Source of the DNA: a virus
IMG/VR virus record: IMGVR_UViG_3300031088_000759
Direction: 5' to 3' (one strand)
DNA: 64,000 bases
Shown here piece after piece: positions 29,106-39,306 of this stretch (positions within the stretch are counted from its first letter, which is position 1; each line of letters starts with the position of its first letter). Both the position numbers and the translations under genes were made by a program. Under the pieces are notes generated by a model that worked only from the letters and a program-made list of their open reading frames with translations, did not search any database and was not told the DNA's origin.

Positions 29106-29190
29106 CTCCCCAACCTGGGTTCGAACCAGGACAAGCAGTTTATGTCTCCTGATCCAAAGTCAGGCGTGTTGCCAATTACACCATTGGGGA
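29106..29190 (-). tRNA. tRNA-Gln(UUG), long variable region
   Basis: Loop CTTTGGA. Confidence 0.8.
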
Positions 29191-29272
29191 ATAAACTCAT
29201 TTGTAAAAACGAGTTAAGTAAACCTTAGTCAATCATTTATATTAGTTTAAATTACAGAATATTGCTCCTGCG

Positions 29273-29343
29273 CTCTTCCACTTGGATTCGAACCAAGAGT
29301 CACTCCTTAACAGGGAGTTGGTTTGCCCTTAACCGATAGAAGA
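29273..29343 (-). tRNA. tRNA-Asn(GUU)
   Basis: Loop CTGTTAA. Confidence 0.8.
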
Positions 29344-29376
29344 ATATTTTGTATAAAATTCTATAAGAATAATACG

Positions 29377-29458
29377 CTCTCGCACCTGGACTCGAACCAG
29401 GAGGTATAAATACACAGGTTAACAGCCTGCCCCGCTGCCAGTTACGGTTTATACGAGA
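29377..29458 (-). tRNA. tRNA-Asn(GUU), long variable arm
   Basis: Loop CTGTTAA; GTAT-TT-ATAC arm. Confidence 0.75.
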
Positions 29459-30333
29459 ATGATGTTCAAAAGAAATAACCTTTTGAACAGTTGCTATATG
29501 TATATTGTTCAACATGTCGTTATTTGACAATAATGTTGTATAAATATAACAGAAGTTTTATTTATATTCCGCATAAGCGGCGCTCCACCTCCAGAATCAG
29601 GTTATGTCTCACGACAATACCTTCAACCTTAAATTGAGGTCAAACACATATTTCCCTATCGACGGTAACGTATGATTGCGTCATCACTATCTTCCACCAG
29701 CTCGTGCGCCTGGTCCTATATTAAATTAAAGTCTATGTCCACAGTTTAACATAATTTAATTTTTTGTCAAATTTTGTAAAACTTGTGTATATTCATATTA
29801 TATCATCAATAAATCTCGTTGTCAACTCTGGACAAGTCCTCAACCATTGATTATGTTTATATGAACAGCCTACACTGCTTTAAAAACTTTGTCAAATGTA
29901 TTCAATTATGTTTTCTTTGTGGGATTTTCACGATGCTCTTCGGCTTCTTTTATCAAGGCTTTCGTGGGAAACCTTTGAGATTCATTTAATCAGATTATTT
30001 AAATTATAATTATGTTGTTGAATCTCGGATTGCCATGTATTATGCTTCAACCCTGAGGGGAGCTGACACAAGGAGGCACCCGTAAATCGCTGTGAGCGAC
30101 TATTGGCTTGTTTGGTAATTGTATACTCAGCCATTTCGGAACCTCCTAATCTTTTGTGTCTTTTAGCAATCGAATTATTTTCTAAACAATATCAGAAAGT
30201 TGTTTTTTCTTTTTCAACTTTCGATAAACATATCTTAACAAATATTTTTCAACTTGTCAAGAAGCAATATCAAAACTTTTTAAAAAACCTTATTTGTGCT
30301 GTTCAAAGCATATAAAAAATTTTTAAACATTTA

Positions 30334-31089
30334 TCAGAACAGTGTTTCTTCCTTGTTGGAGTTTTCTTTAAATTTTATCTCAGAGTTCAGAACGTTGCTC
30401 TCTGGTGAACCTTCTAGAGTAATCAAATCTCCTGAACTAGAATTTCTTAGATCTTTCCAGTTGTCAGGAACAAGTGTGTACGAAACTTTTCTTTTTTCAG
30501 CTTGTTTAATTGTGTTTGGCCTAACATCCAGTGCTGTGAGAATAACTTCTATTTCTGTGTCAGGGTGTTGATCAGTCAAAGCGTTGCGATATCTGACACA
30601 TTGATCAATAGCTCCTAGCATGGCAATTCTTTTGACTTCTACTCCTAATAGTCCTGTTTCTGTTTTGAACATTAGATCAATCGCTCCTGCAGAAGTTTGA
30701 TACTCACGTTCTAATGGTGTTAAACCTTTTCTTATAATGTTAGGGTTGTCAAATAACCAAGCTTGTAAATGTGCTTCTGTTCCATCTCGTACTAACGGAA
30801 CAGAACCATCATCTAATTCTTGATCAAAATCGGCTAAGACTTTGTATATAGATACTTCAATATATTCTTTCCTGCTGTCAAACCGCCACGTCATGATGCC
30901 TGTGTCTTCATCAATTGTTTCAGTGAATGTGTTGTCTTTACCCATATAGTTCAAAGGTTTGTTGCTTATATCATTATGTACACTTACAGCACCATCTTGT
31001 TTGATCATTATAGATCTTATTGCTCTACCTAATGTAGTATCTCCACGCCCTGAGTATAAGACAGAACATTCAGCAATGATGATTCTCAT
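30334..31089 (-). CDS. nucS: Mismatch endonuclease NucS/EndoMS
   Basis: MRIIIAECSVLYSGR..KQDG.V.VH..KPLNYM..DGTEAHLQ..REY.T..G.ID..VEVKR. Confidence 0.9.
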   Translation of the reverse strand: MRIIIAECSVLYSGRGDTTLGRAIRSIMIKQDGAVSVHNDISNKPLNYMGKDNTFTETIDEDTGIMTWRFDSRKEYIEVSIYKVLADFDQELDDGSVPLVRDGTEAHLQAWLFDNPNIIRKGLTPLEREYQTSAGAIDLMFKTETGLLGVEVKRIAMLGAIDQCVRYRNALTDQHPDTEIEVILTALDVRPNTIKQAEKRKVSYTLVPDNWKDLRNSSSGDLITLEGSPESNVLNSEIKFKENSNKEETLF

Positions 31090-31151
31090 GAATTTTTCAA
31101 CAACTTTCTTTACAGTTTGACAATGTGGTTTATTTGATAATTACAATTTTA

Positions 31152-32939
31152 TCAACTTAACCTGTTAGGTGGTGTTGTTTTAGCAGCTGCTTCACGGAAT
31201 AATTTGTCTAAGAATTCAGCATCATCAATATTAGAGCCAGTCATAGAGCGCATATTTGCTGTCTTATTTGTGTAGCTCTGAACAATCTTTTCATCAACGG
31301 TTTTTTCAAGCATAGGGATATATGCAACGCTGTTTTCACCTGATCTATGACATCTTCCCAGAATTTGTTCATTTCTTAAATTATTCTCTCTGAGATCAGC
31401 AAGAATAGTTACACGAGTTGAATTAGTTGCCTTACTTCCGTCAGGCAATATCTCATTTGCATGAAAGCTGACTCCTTCGCTTACTGTACAAATAACAACA
31501 TCAGCTTGTCCTTTTTGGAATTTTATTCTTTCTCTATCTCTTTCTTCTACATTTCTACCGCTAAATTCAACAACCGTTAGCTTTTTGTTTTCCAGAGCTT
31601 CTTTGTATTTATCAATGGTTTCCATAAATTCTACTGATAAGAAAACTTGGCTCCCTGATTCAACAAAATCAACTATTGCATCTACCATAGCATCAACTTT
31701 TAATAATGAAGATTTTTGACGATATCGTAAGTTTTCTACAAGAGCACCTTTAGGGTCTTTGTTAGCTGGGGTAAGACGTAAGAAGTTTCTAAATCTTGTC
31801 CAAGCTTCTTCATAAACAGGTCTTTGTTTAGCAGTTAATTGGATAGGGAAAGGTATAACTTGTTGTTCCGGCCATCCAGCAACATCTTTTGGTGAGCGCA
31901 TAATAAAAGGAGCATTAGGCTTTAATAATGCTTTGCCTATTCTTTGAGCATCTTTACGCTGAACTTGTTTTATTTTTTTTACTTCAAAATCATATTTACG
32001 TTTTTCGGCAGGATCTGACTGAATACTCTTTCCGCCCCAAGGCATAGGTGCCCAAGTCCAACCAGTTTTCCCTTTTTTCACTGCAAATCCTTCTTTTTCA
32101 AGAAAAGCACCCCAAGTAGCAGGTGTTACATTTTGAGCACCTGGCGAACTAGATAGCAGCGGAGCTATAATACCTGCCATGACTGAAAAGTTTAATGGAG
32201 TTGCACCTGGTGTAGCAGTTGAGAAAATTACAAAAGGCTCAACTGTTTTTCGATACTTATCATTTAATTTTGCAATGTTTACAGCAGCCATAGACGTACT
32301 AGAGCTAGGAAAATTCTTCAAATAATGAGATTCATCAAATACAATATAATCCCAATCAATATTAGGAGTTCCTTTTGCTGCTGTTTGTCTATTTTTTTTA
32401 TAATTCTTTTTAGTAACTCTAGCTGTTGAAGGTGCTTCTAAAAGTTTATTCAACTGTTGATAATTGATAATCATAGGTCTTAATAAGGCTGACGCTACGG
32501 GGTAGTTGTGGATTGTTTGTCGCCATTGCGGAATAACACTCTTAGGACACACAATAAGAAGTTTACCTTTGTTTTTAGTTCCAAAACCTTCTTGTTTAGC
32601 AATTGCTGAGATTCCTGCAAGCCCTGCTAAAGTTTTGCCTAATCCTGTTTTATCAGCTAACAAAAATCCTCTCTGACCAGAAGAATAACACTTGAAAAGC
32701 GCTTTTGCCGCATCCAATTGATGTTCTCTCGGGGTGTATTTTGCATGTCCTTTTTCTGGTGGCATAACAATACCATTTAGTTCATCTTCTTGCCACCTAC
32801 CATAACTAAAATCCTCAGAGGCATACGGTCTTAACTCATGAGGAAGTATAGCACCTTTATAAACACTGATTTTACGATCTTTCCAGTATTGAACATTAGG
32901 AAACTTCACACCCCATGGAAGATCAAGAACAAAATACAT
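31152..32939 (-). CDS. SF2 (SNF2-like) helicase
   Basis: DKTGLGKT, DESH, TAT, QILGRCHR. Confidence 0.85.
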   Translation of the reverse strand: MYFVLDLPWGVKFPNVQYWKDRKISVYKGAILPHELRPYASEDFSYGRWQEDELNGIVMPPEKGHAKYTPREHQLDAAKALFKCYSSGQRGFLLADKTGLGKTLAGLAGISAIAKQEGFGTKNKGKLLIVCPKSVIPQWRQTIHNYPVASALLRPMIINYQQLNKLLEAPSTARVTKKNYKKNRQTAAKGTPNIDWDYIVFDESHYLKNFPSSSTSMAAVNIAKLNDKYRKTVEPFVIFSTATPGATPLNFSVMAGIIAPLLSSSPGAQNVTPATWGAFLEKEGFAVKKGKTGWTWAPMPWGGKSIQSDPAEKRKYDFEVKKIKQVQRKDAQRIGKALLKPNAPFIMRSPKDVAGWPEQQVIPFPIQLTAKQRPVYEEAWTRFRNFLRLTPANKDPKGALVENLRYRQKSSLLKVDAMVDAIVDFVESGSQVFLSVEFMETIDKYKEALENKKLTVVEFSGRNVEERDRERIKFQKGQADVVICTVSEGVSFHANEILPDGSKATNSTRVTILADLRENNLRNEQILGRCHRSGENSVAYIPMLEKTVDEKIVQSYTNKTANMRSMTGSNIDDAEFLDKLFREAAAKTTPPNRLS

Positions 32940-33027
32940 TTAACAATTCCTTTTCACATAAAAGATTTAAGTCTAGCCAAACCGATAGATATAAAACAAA
33001 ACTCACTGATTGCTTTACTGACAAACA

Positions 33028-33216
33028 TTAAGAAACTTCATAGTCTTCCGAAACCACCGTTTCACGAGGGCCAGGAGCTTGTACTTCTCCTCTATCATTA
33101 TTAAGATTCCCGAAGACTAAAACAGCAACAAGAAATATAATGACTATTATTGCTGCACACAATAGAAAGATTTTATCTTTCTTCTTCATCTTCGAGTCTT
33201 TTTCAGGGAATCTCAT
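33028..33216 (-). CDS. Small membrane protein
   Basis: One TM segment. Confidence 0.6.
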   Translation of the reverse strand: MRFPEKDSKMKKKDKIFLLCAAIIVIIFLVAVLVFGNLNNDRGEVQAPGPRETVVSEDYEVS

Positions 33217-33222
33217 AATTAT

Positions 33223-33585
33223 TCACCATTCTTCGCCTTTAATATATATTGTTTCTTGAGGCATAGTCCACGTTGTATCAGTAATATCTTCATCTTCTAA
33301 GTCATAAAGAATGCTGTCTATATCGCTAATAACTGAATCTTCATCTTCTTCTGACTCAACACTGTTTTCATCAACATTGAAACCATATTTACTAAGGTTA
33401 ATGTCAACAAAATTAATATCTCTGTTGCGTACAGCACTGCGAAATCTGTCTAATAGAGATTGACGGACCTCACCACTAGAAAGTCCCATTTCTACTTCTA
33501 TAAGATCATTTTGACAATCTTCAAAAATAAAGTCATTTGCGTTTTCATCAACTACATCTGATATGTCATAAATCGTGAATTCCAT
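33223..33585 (-). CDS. Acidic hypothetical protein
   Basis: AGAGG RBS before MEFTI. Confidence 0.7.
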   Translation of the reverse strand: MEFTIYDISDVVDENANDFIFEDCQNDLIEVEMGLSSGEVRQSLLDRFRSAVRNRDINFVDINLSKYGFNVDENSVESEEDEDSVISDIDSILYDLEDEDITDTTWTMPQETIYIKGEEW

Positions 33586-33677
33586 ATTAACACCTCTTTT
33601 TCGTACTGATTTTGACAAAGTTAATATTAAAACTTTTGTCAATGTTAAACGATTGTAAAAGAATTATATCAACAATA

Positions 33678-34571
33678 TTACTCATTTTGAGCAGTGATGT
33701 ATTTTAGCACTGCGTTAGTATCACTGAAATCAACCTCATCTGGATTCATAATTATATTATTTACATAAACTAATGGCGGATAATAACCTGTCTGTAGCTT
33801 TTCGTCATTTCCAACTGCAATAATCCAACTGGCAAAAGTACCATTCTTTATACTTTCCTCGTTAACACGGGGAATGTTTAATTCTTCAGTTTTTGCTACT
33901 AACGCTGTTAAAGGATCCAATTCTTTATCGGCCTGTACCTCAGCTGAAAGCTGCATGGTACTTATCAAAAAGTTCCAAGCACTATTCGGTGCAGTAACAA
34001 AAGTTTCAGCAATAGCCTCAGGAGAATAAATAGATAAAGGTGTACCAGAAGAAACAGGATGAATTCTTAGTTCAACAATTCCGCTTTCCACAAGGTCTTT
34101 AAAAGTTAGTTGATTAATGAGCAAAAAATCTCTTGACCTTTGAGAGTCAAAATCAACATACACATCTACTATTTCCTGATCAGCGTTTTTGCCATTTGAA
34201 AAAATGAATACAGCTGACTGTTCTGAATCATTAGCACTACCTCCCGTAAGGGCTTTTTGCTCAATATTGGCTGATTCAATTTTTTGCCCAGAGAAAACAG
34301 TAAGCTTTGTATTAACTGGTGCAATGTTGCCTCTTTGATTTCCAATGTTAATCAGCTTATTCTTCGCATCCTTAGATTGATTTCTCATTTTTAACAAATA
34401 ACCTGAACCAATTCCTAATGGAACAGCTGAAATAGCAGCTGTAATACCGAAAATAAGAACACCACGACGATTAGGAGTGCGTTCATCATTTGATTCATTT
34501 GACTCATCGGATTCAGCAATGTTTTCAATATCCTCTGCATCCATGTCTAAATCTTCTTCTTTCTCAGTCAT
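33678..34571 (-). CDS. Membrane DsbA/thioredoxin-fold protein lacking CxxC
   Basis: VDVYVDFDSQRS at the DFxCPxC position; TM anchor. Confidence 0.6.
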   Translation of the reverse strand: MTEKEEDLDMDAEDIENIAESDESNESNDERTPNRRGVLIFGITAAISAVPLGIGSGYLLKMRNQSKDAKNKLINIGNQRGNIAPVNTKLTVFSGQKIESANIEQKALTGGSANDSEQSAVFIFSNGKNADQEIVDVYVDFDSQRSRDFLLINQLTFKDLVESGIVELRIHPVSSGTPLSIYSPEAIAETFVTAPNSAWNFLISTMQLSAEVQADKELDPLTALVAKTEELNIPRVNEESIKNGTFASWIIAVGNDEKLQTGYYPPLVYVNNIIMNPDEVDFSDTNAVLKYITAQNE

Positions 34572-34595
34572 TATATAACCCTCTTTTTCTTCTTC

Positions 34596-35855
34596 TCATT
34601 CATCATCTGAATCTAAAGCTGCTTCTTGTCCTGATTTTACAAAGTTTTTAGCATCTTGGAGAACTTTTGTGCGAAAATCGTCACTGAGATTCTTCAAAGT
34701 AGTAGAGTTTTTCGACCAATCATCATATGCCTGTAAAACGTCTGTTGATGCTGCTATTTCGCCATATTTTAATTCAATAGAATTGGACTCACGTGCTTCT
34801 TCATGCGGAGAGTGCTGTAACTTCCAGCTCATAGTATGCTGAATGTTTTGATCAATAATTTTGTAATCTAAACCAGAATATTTTGAAGAACTTAGGTTCA
34901 CAATTTTCTGTCTCACTATGGGAGCATGATGTGTGTCAAATTCCGTCGAATTATTGATTTGAGTAGATTGTAAGTTTGAAACTATAAGGTCTGTAACTTC
35001 AGGTGCGGATAAATCAGTTGCATCAATTATTTCAAAGTCATATTGTGGACGTTGAGCAACAGTTTTAGGGTATGCTTTGAAACCACCTTGTGAATCAATT
35101 TCCCAAAGTGTCCATCCTCTTCCTAAAGGAACTTCTTTATCACTAAACCCTCTTCGTATTAAACTTCCATTGTAGTAAATTCTACTTTGTGCTGTGTCAG
35201 TTTTCTTATCTTTGGAACCTACCCAACCTCTTTCATGAATATGCCCCAACATCATATAATCCCATTCGTAGCTCAATAATTCATCGGGTATGACAATTTC
35301 ACGAGGTGAGTGTTCGGTATGTAATTTATGTTCTAGAATAGGATCTACAACACTTCCATGAGTAGCAAAAATATTGATTTCCCCATCCACAGGTTTTATT
35401 TGTCCCATAGTGTCTTTTTGATCGCTATACATATGATGAGAAACCATATGTAGATTAATTCCATCAGCAATTTGATGTTTCACATAAGGTTCCGCATGAG
35501 AATATATTTTCTTCCACGGATCATCGAGAATTCTTGAACTAGCGATATTTTCTCGAATATCATCGACATCGTGGTTTCCACTGAGAATGTAAACAGGCAC
35601 TCCAGCTTGCCATAAGCGCCATAATTGTCTCTGAACAAACTGAACTGAACGCATATTAGGTGAGGGAGTGTGAAAAGTATCTCCAGGAATGACAACCGCA
35701 TCTACTTCATGATCAATAACATCTGTAATCATCTTCTTTAAGGCAATATATCCATCAGCTTCACGAAGATTTATACCTTGAGCATTAACTTTTCGAGTGG
35801 CAGTATAACCAGCATGTATATCACTTAAATGAGCTATCTTAAACATATGGTACAA
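34596..35855 (-). CDS. sbcD: SbcD/Mre11-like metallophosphoesterase nuclease
   Basis: SDIH, GDTFH, GNHD, HG, GHIH. Confidence 0.85.
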   Translation of the reverse strand: MYHMFKIAHLSDIHAGYTATRKVNAQGINLREADGYIALKKMITDVIDHEVDAVVIPGDTFHTPSPNMRSVQFVQRQLWRLWQAGVPVYILSGNHDVDDIRENIASSRILDDPWKKIYSHAEPYVKHQIADGINLHMVSHHMYSDQKDTMGQIKPVDGEINIFATHGSVVDPILEHKLHTEHSPREIVIPDELLSYEWDYMMLGHIHERGWVGSKDKKTDTAQSRIYYNGSLIRRGFSDKEVPLGRGWTLWEIDSQGGFKAYPKTVAQRPQYDFEIIDATDLSAPEVTDLIVSNLQSTQINNSTEFDTHHAPIVRQKIVNLSSSKYSGLDYKIIDQNIQHTMSWKLQHSPHEEARESNSIELKYGEIAASTDVLQAYDDWSKNSTTLKNLSDDFRTKVLQDAKNFVKSGQEAALDSDDE

Positions 35856-35860
35856 AATCC

Positions 35861-37048
35861 TTAAACAATCGACAAAATACTCTTAACATAGGCTATCTTA
35901 TCAATTTCTGAACCTAATTTGATCCAATCATCCTCCCAAATATGAACAAGTTTAATATTCTTTTCAAAACACAATTTACTTTTGACTGCTTCTCTTGTTT
36001 TAAACGTCCCTTGTTCTACATCAGATAACCATGCTTTTTTATCATGCCAATAATTACCATTAAACTCAAGCGCCATACTCAACTCAGGAAGCCACAGATC
36101 AAGCTCTTTCGGAGAAATTATTGTTCTGTCATTCTGGACAACATTTAACTTTAAAACATTAATCAAGATTGAGAATATTTCTCTTTCATACTTAGAGGGA
36201 GAAACAGCAAAAGCACCTGGATTAAATTCTCCATATTTTTTCATATTAGTTTGAAATCTTTTATGGTTCTTATGTGTTCTTATGGCAATACTGTCTTTTT
36301 TTAAATCATACGCTTTTAATGATTTTCTAAGAACAGTAGGTGAAATCTTGAATTTTTCAAATATGTCATCCATGGACATAGAACTATTCACATAATTTTC
36401 TAAAAGCCACTTTTCATCAATTCCGTACTTTTCAAAGACATGCAACTTTACAATTTCTGGTTCTGTTGAAACTTTGCACGTTCTACATCCAAACCTACGC
36501 ATAGTCCTATTTCTTACAGCAGTTTTAAAACTATGATTAAATTGACAGTTCCACCAAACTTGGCTTCCTGAATTAAAAAGAATCTCTTCGGGAGCTATTT
36601 TATTTCTTTTATAGTCCCATTCAATAAGCAACTCAGGATTTTTTGTTGCTAAATCATTTAAACCTTTTAAAAGCCTTTTATTCGAACAATAAAAACATTC
36701 AGTCATATTTACTTTGTCATGAATTTTGTTTATCGTTTCACCTTTGCATTCAGGACATTTCCAATGGACTTTCAAACTTGAGCTTGCATAAACTTCTTCG
36801 AAAGAAACAGTATTTTTCTCGTAATCCCAATGTTCTTCTAAAAAGGGAAATTTAAAATAAAGCTTCAAACATCCTTGGCAATTTTTGTTCGATGATTGAT
36901 TAATGACCTTGTTTATCCAACTATGCCTATTTTCGCATAGAAAATGTAGTTTTGTTGTTGAAAATAGTGATATCTCCTCAGGATTAAACTCATGGTTTTT
37001 GTCATAATCCCAAAATCTTAGTAAATTTTCTCGAGTATGTTTTAGCAT
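35861..37048 (-). CDS. Zinc-ribbon repeat protein with a C-terminal Vsr/DUF559-like nuclease (probable homing endonuclease)
   Basis: WDY.KN..W.C..H repeats; ELDLW..EFNGNYWH..IWE. Confidence 0.8.
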   Translation of the reverse strand: MLKHTRENLLRFWDYDKNHEFNPEEISLFSTTKLHFLCENRHSWINKVINQSSNKNCQGCLKLYFKFPFLEEHWDYEKNTVSFEEVYASSSLKVHWKCPECKGETINKIHDKVNMTECFYCSNKRLLKGLNDLATKNPELLIEWDYKRNKIAPEEILFNSGSQVWWNCQFNHSFKTAVRNRTMRRFGCRTCKVSTEPEIVKLHVFEKYGIDEKWLLENYVNSSMSMDDIFEKFKISPTVLRKSLKAYDLKKDSIAIRTHKNHKRFQTNMKKYGEFNPGAFAVSPSKYEREIFSILINVLKLNVVQNDRTIISPKELDLWLPELSMALEFNGNYWHDKKAWLSDVEQGTFKTREAVKSKLCFEKNIKLVHIWEDDWIKLGSEIDKIAYVKSILSIV

Positions 37049-37182
37049 AATACATTTATCTCTCCATGATTGTTCTACGCATATTCTAACAATAGAACAG
37101 ATTAGGGGTACCACATTCTAACGATTTAAAGAATGTGGTACCCCTAAAATAATATTTTGACAACTTTACTTATCAAATTTTT

Positions 37183-39306
37183 TCAATTAACAAAATTTTT
37201 TGTAAATTCCTCAGCAGACATGAATTCAATGCCTAAACTTACAGCTTTCTTTACTTTGGATGAAGATCCATTTTTGTCAGCAATCATATAAGAAGTTGAT
37301 GCTTTTGGTGATGAATGAAATTCTCCACCTTGTGATTCTACAAAATCAACCCAATCATTACGCTTAGCAAAAGGTGAAGGAACTACTCCACTGATAGCAA
37401 ACGACAGATTGTTCAAAGAAGATGAATTATTCACAATTTCATTATTCTTGTCTTCGTTGTGTTCATTGCTTTTGAACAACACTCCAGCTTCACGCATACG
37501 CTGAATCATGGGAATACGTGAAGTTAATCCTTTAATAGTGTTCTCAGCTAAAATTTCACCCATTCCATCAATTGCCGCAACTTCATCAATTGACGCTTTA
37601 AGAATGTTGTCTAATGAACTGAATTCATGTATAAGCTTCTTTGATACAAGACGGCCAACTTTGGGGATTCCAAATGAAGCAATAATCACCTCAGCAGGAA
37701 GGTTCTTAGCTTTCTCTAAATATTCAAGAATGTTTTTTGTACGCTTCTGTCCGAAAACAATATCTTCTCCTTTAGAAGAGACTCCTACAACAGTATTAGC
37801 CAAAGAGTTTTCGTCAAGGTAGAACAAATCAGAAATGTCATTGACAATACCTACTTTATGAAGAGAATCTAATGTTGATGCACTAAGTCCTTTGATGTTC
37901 AAATAATCGCTACCTACTGCAAACACTAATGATTCAAAATTACGAGCAGGGCATAATTCATTCTCACAGGATAAAGTTTTAGGAGGATATGAATCATTCT
38001 TGTCAAAGTATAGAACAGAACCACATGAAGGACAGTTTTTAGGGACTTCTACACTTCGTGAATCTTCTGGACTGCTGATAACAGAAACAATCTGCGGAAT
38101 AATTTCATTGGCTTTTTCTACAATAACAATTGACCCTGGTCTCACATCTTTTTCTGAAACTAGAGAAAAGTTGTGCAATGAAGCTCGTGAAACTTTAGAA
38201 TTGTCCAGCATAACAGTGTCAAACAAAGCCACGGGGGTAACTCGTCCTGACTTGCCAACAGTGTTAATAATTTCGGTAATTTTTGTTTCTACCTTCTCAG
38301 AGGGGTATTTCCAAGCAATTTGAGAAGAAGGGTGATGTGAAGTGTTTCCCATTGTTTTGTGTAGAGCAACTTCATCAACAGGTTTAATCACTACTCCATC
38401 AATAGGGAAATCGAAAGAATGGGATAACTTACCAAAGCTCTCAATGGCTTGATGAATTTCTTCGTTATTTGCAAAATTAGATAGCTTACATGATTTAGAG
38501 TCAATTTTATTTACAGTATCTAAAGTAAGTTTATCTACTGTAATAAAGTTGTCATGAACATCAATGTGAGACAGTGACATAATACTGTTCTCATTCCATA
38601 CAGAATACGCTGCAAACGTCATTTCAGCTTTGTATTTCATGCCTTTTTTAGAACGGTTGATAATTCCAAAAGTAGCATTCCTAGACACTTCGAATTTAGT
38701 TTCATCAAATTCAAAACGATTTTTGTTTGTCTGTTCAAATTGTTCATCAAACATAAAGATTTCACCGCGTACTTCAATGTATTCCGAAGAATTAATTGTT
38801 GTTGGAAGACCTTTAACTATAATGTTTTTATCTTTAACCAAATGCGTAATATTCTTGCCAATAGTGCCAGAACCACGTGTTGCTAGAAACGTAAGATTGC
38901 CTTTGTTATATATAGCAGAAGCTGCGATGCCATCTAGTTTTGCTTGTAGTCTAAAATCTTTAGCTCCATAACCACGAACTTTTTTCAAATAACTATCTAA
39001 CTGCTCAGGCTTCTTGGCCTTTGCTAGTGAAAGCATAGGAGATTTATGAACAACATCTTCGCCATCCATTTCGTCCATTTCTGCACCTAACAGAACATCA
39101 CCTTCAAGAATTTTGAATCCATCTGTACCCGGAGCAAATAATTCAGGAAAATCCTCACTGTGGATTTGAAGAAAATCTTGTTTAGCATCAAATTCTTCAT
39201 CACTTAAAAAAGAATCTTCGTCAGCAAGATAATATAGCCGGGATGCTTCTTTAAGCTCTTCAATAACTTGTTTAACTTCTTCTGTGGATACAATAACTTT
39301 ACTCAT
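37183..39306 (-). CDS. ligA: NAD-dependent DNA ligase
   Basis: KLDG, EVRGE, DGVVIK, Zn finger, HhH, BRCT. Confidence 0.95.
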   Translation of the reverse strand: MSKVIVSTEEVKQVIEELKEASRLYYLADEDSFLSDEEFDAKQDFLQIHSEDFPELFAPGTDGFKILEGDVLLGAEMDEMDGEDVVHKSPMLSLAKAKKPEQLDSYLKKVRGYGAKDFRLQAKLDGIAASAIYNKGNLTFLATRGSGTIGKNITHLVKDKNIIVKGLPTTINSSEYIEVRGEIFMFDEQFEQTNKNRFEFDETKFEVSRNATFGIINRSKKGMKYKAEMTFAAYSVWNENSIMSLSHIDVHDNFITVDKLTLDTVNKIDSKSCKLSNFANNEEIHQAIESFGKLSHSFDFPIDGVVIKPVDEVALHKTMGNTSHHPSSQIAWKYPSEKVETKITEIINTVGKSGRVTPVALFDTVMLDNSKVSRASLHNFSLVSEKDVRPGSIVIVEKANEIIPQIVSVISSPEDSRSVEVPKNCPSCGSVLYFDKNDSYPPKTLSCENELCPARNFESLVFAVGSDYLNIKGLSASTLDSLHKVGIVNDISDLFYLDENSLANTVVGVSSKGEDIVFGQKRTKNILEYLEKAKNLPAEVIIASFGIPKVGRLVSKKLIHEFSSLDNILKASIDEVAAIDGMGEILAENTIKGLTSRIPMIQRMREAGVLFKSNEHNEDKNNEIVNNSSSLNNLSFAISGVVPSPFAKRNDWVDFVESQGGEFHSSPKASTSYMIADKNGSSSKVKKAVSLGIEFMSAEEFTKNFVN

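Noticed and set aside
635-30571. Many 60-130 aa ORFs on either strand across the RNA island
   Set aside because: They overlap tRNAs or ncRNAs, lack RBSs and translate tRNA motifs, so they are spurious
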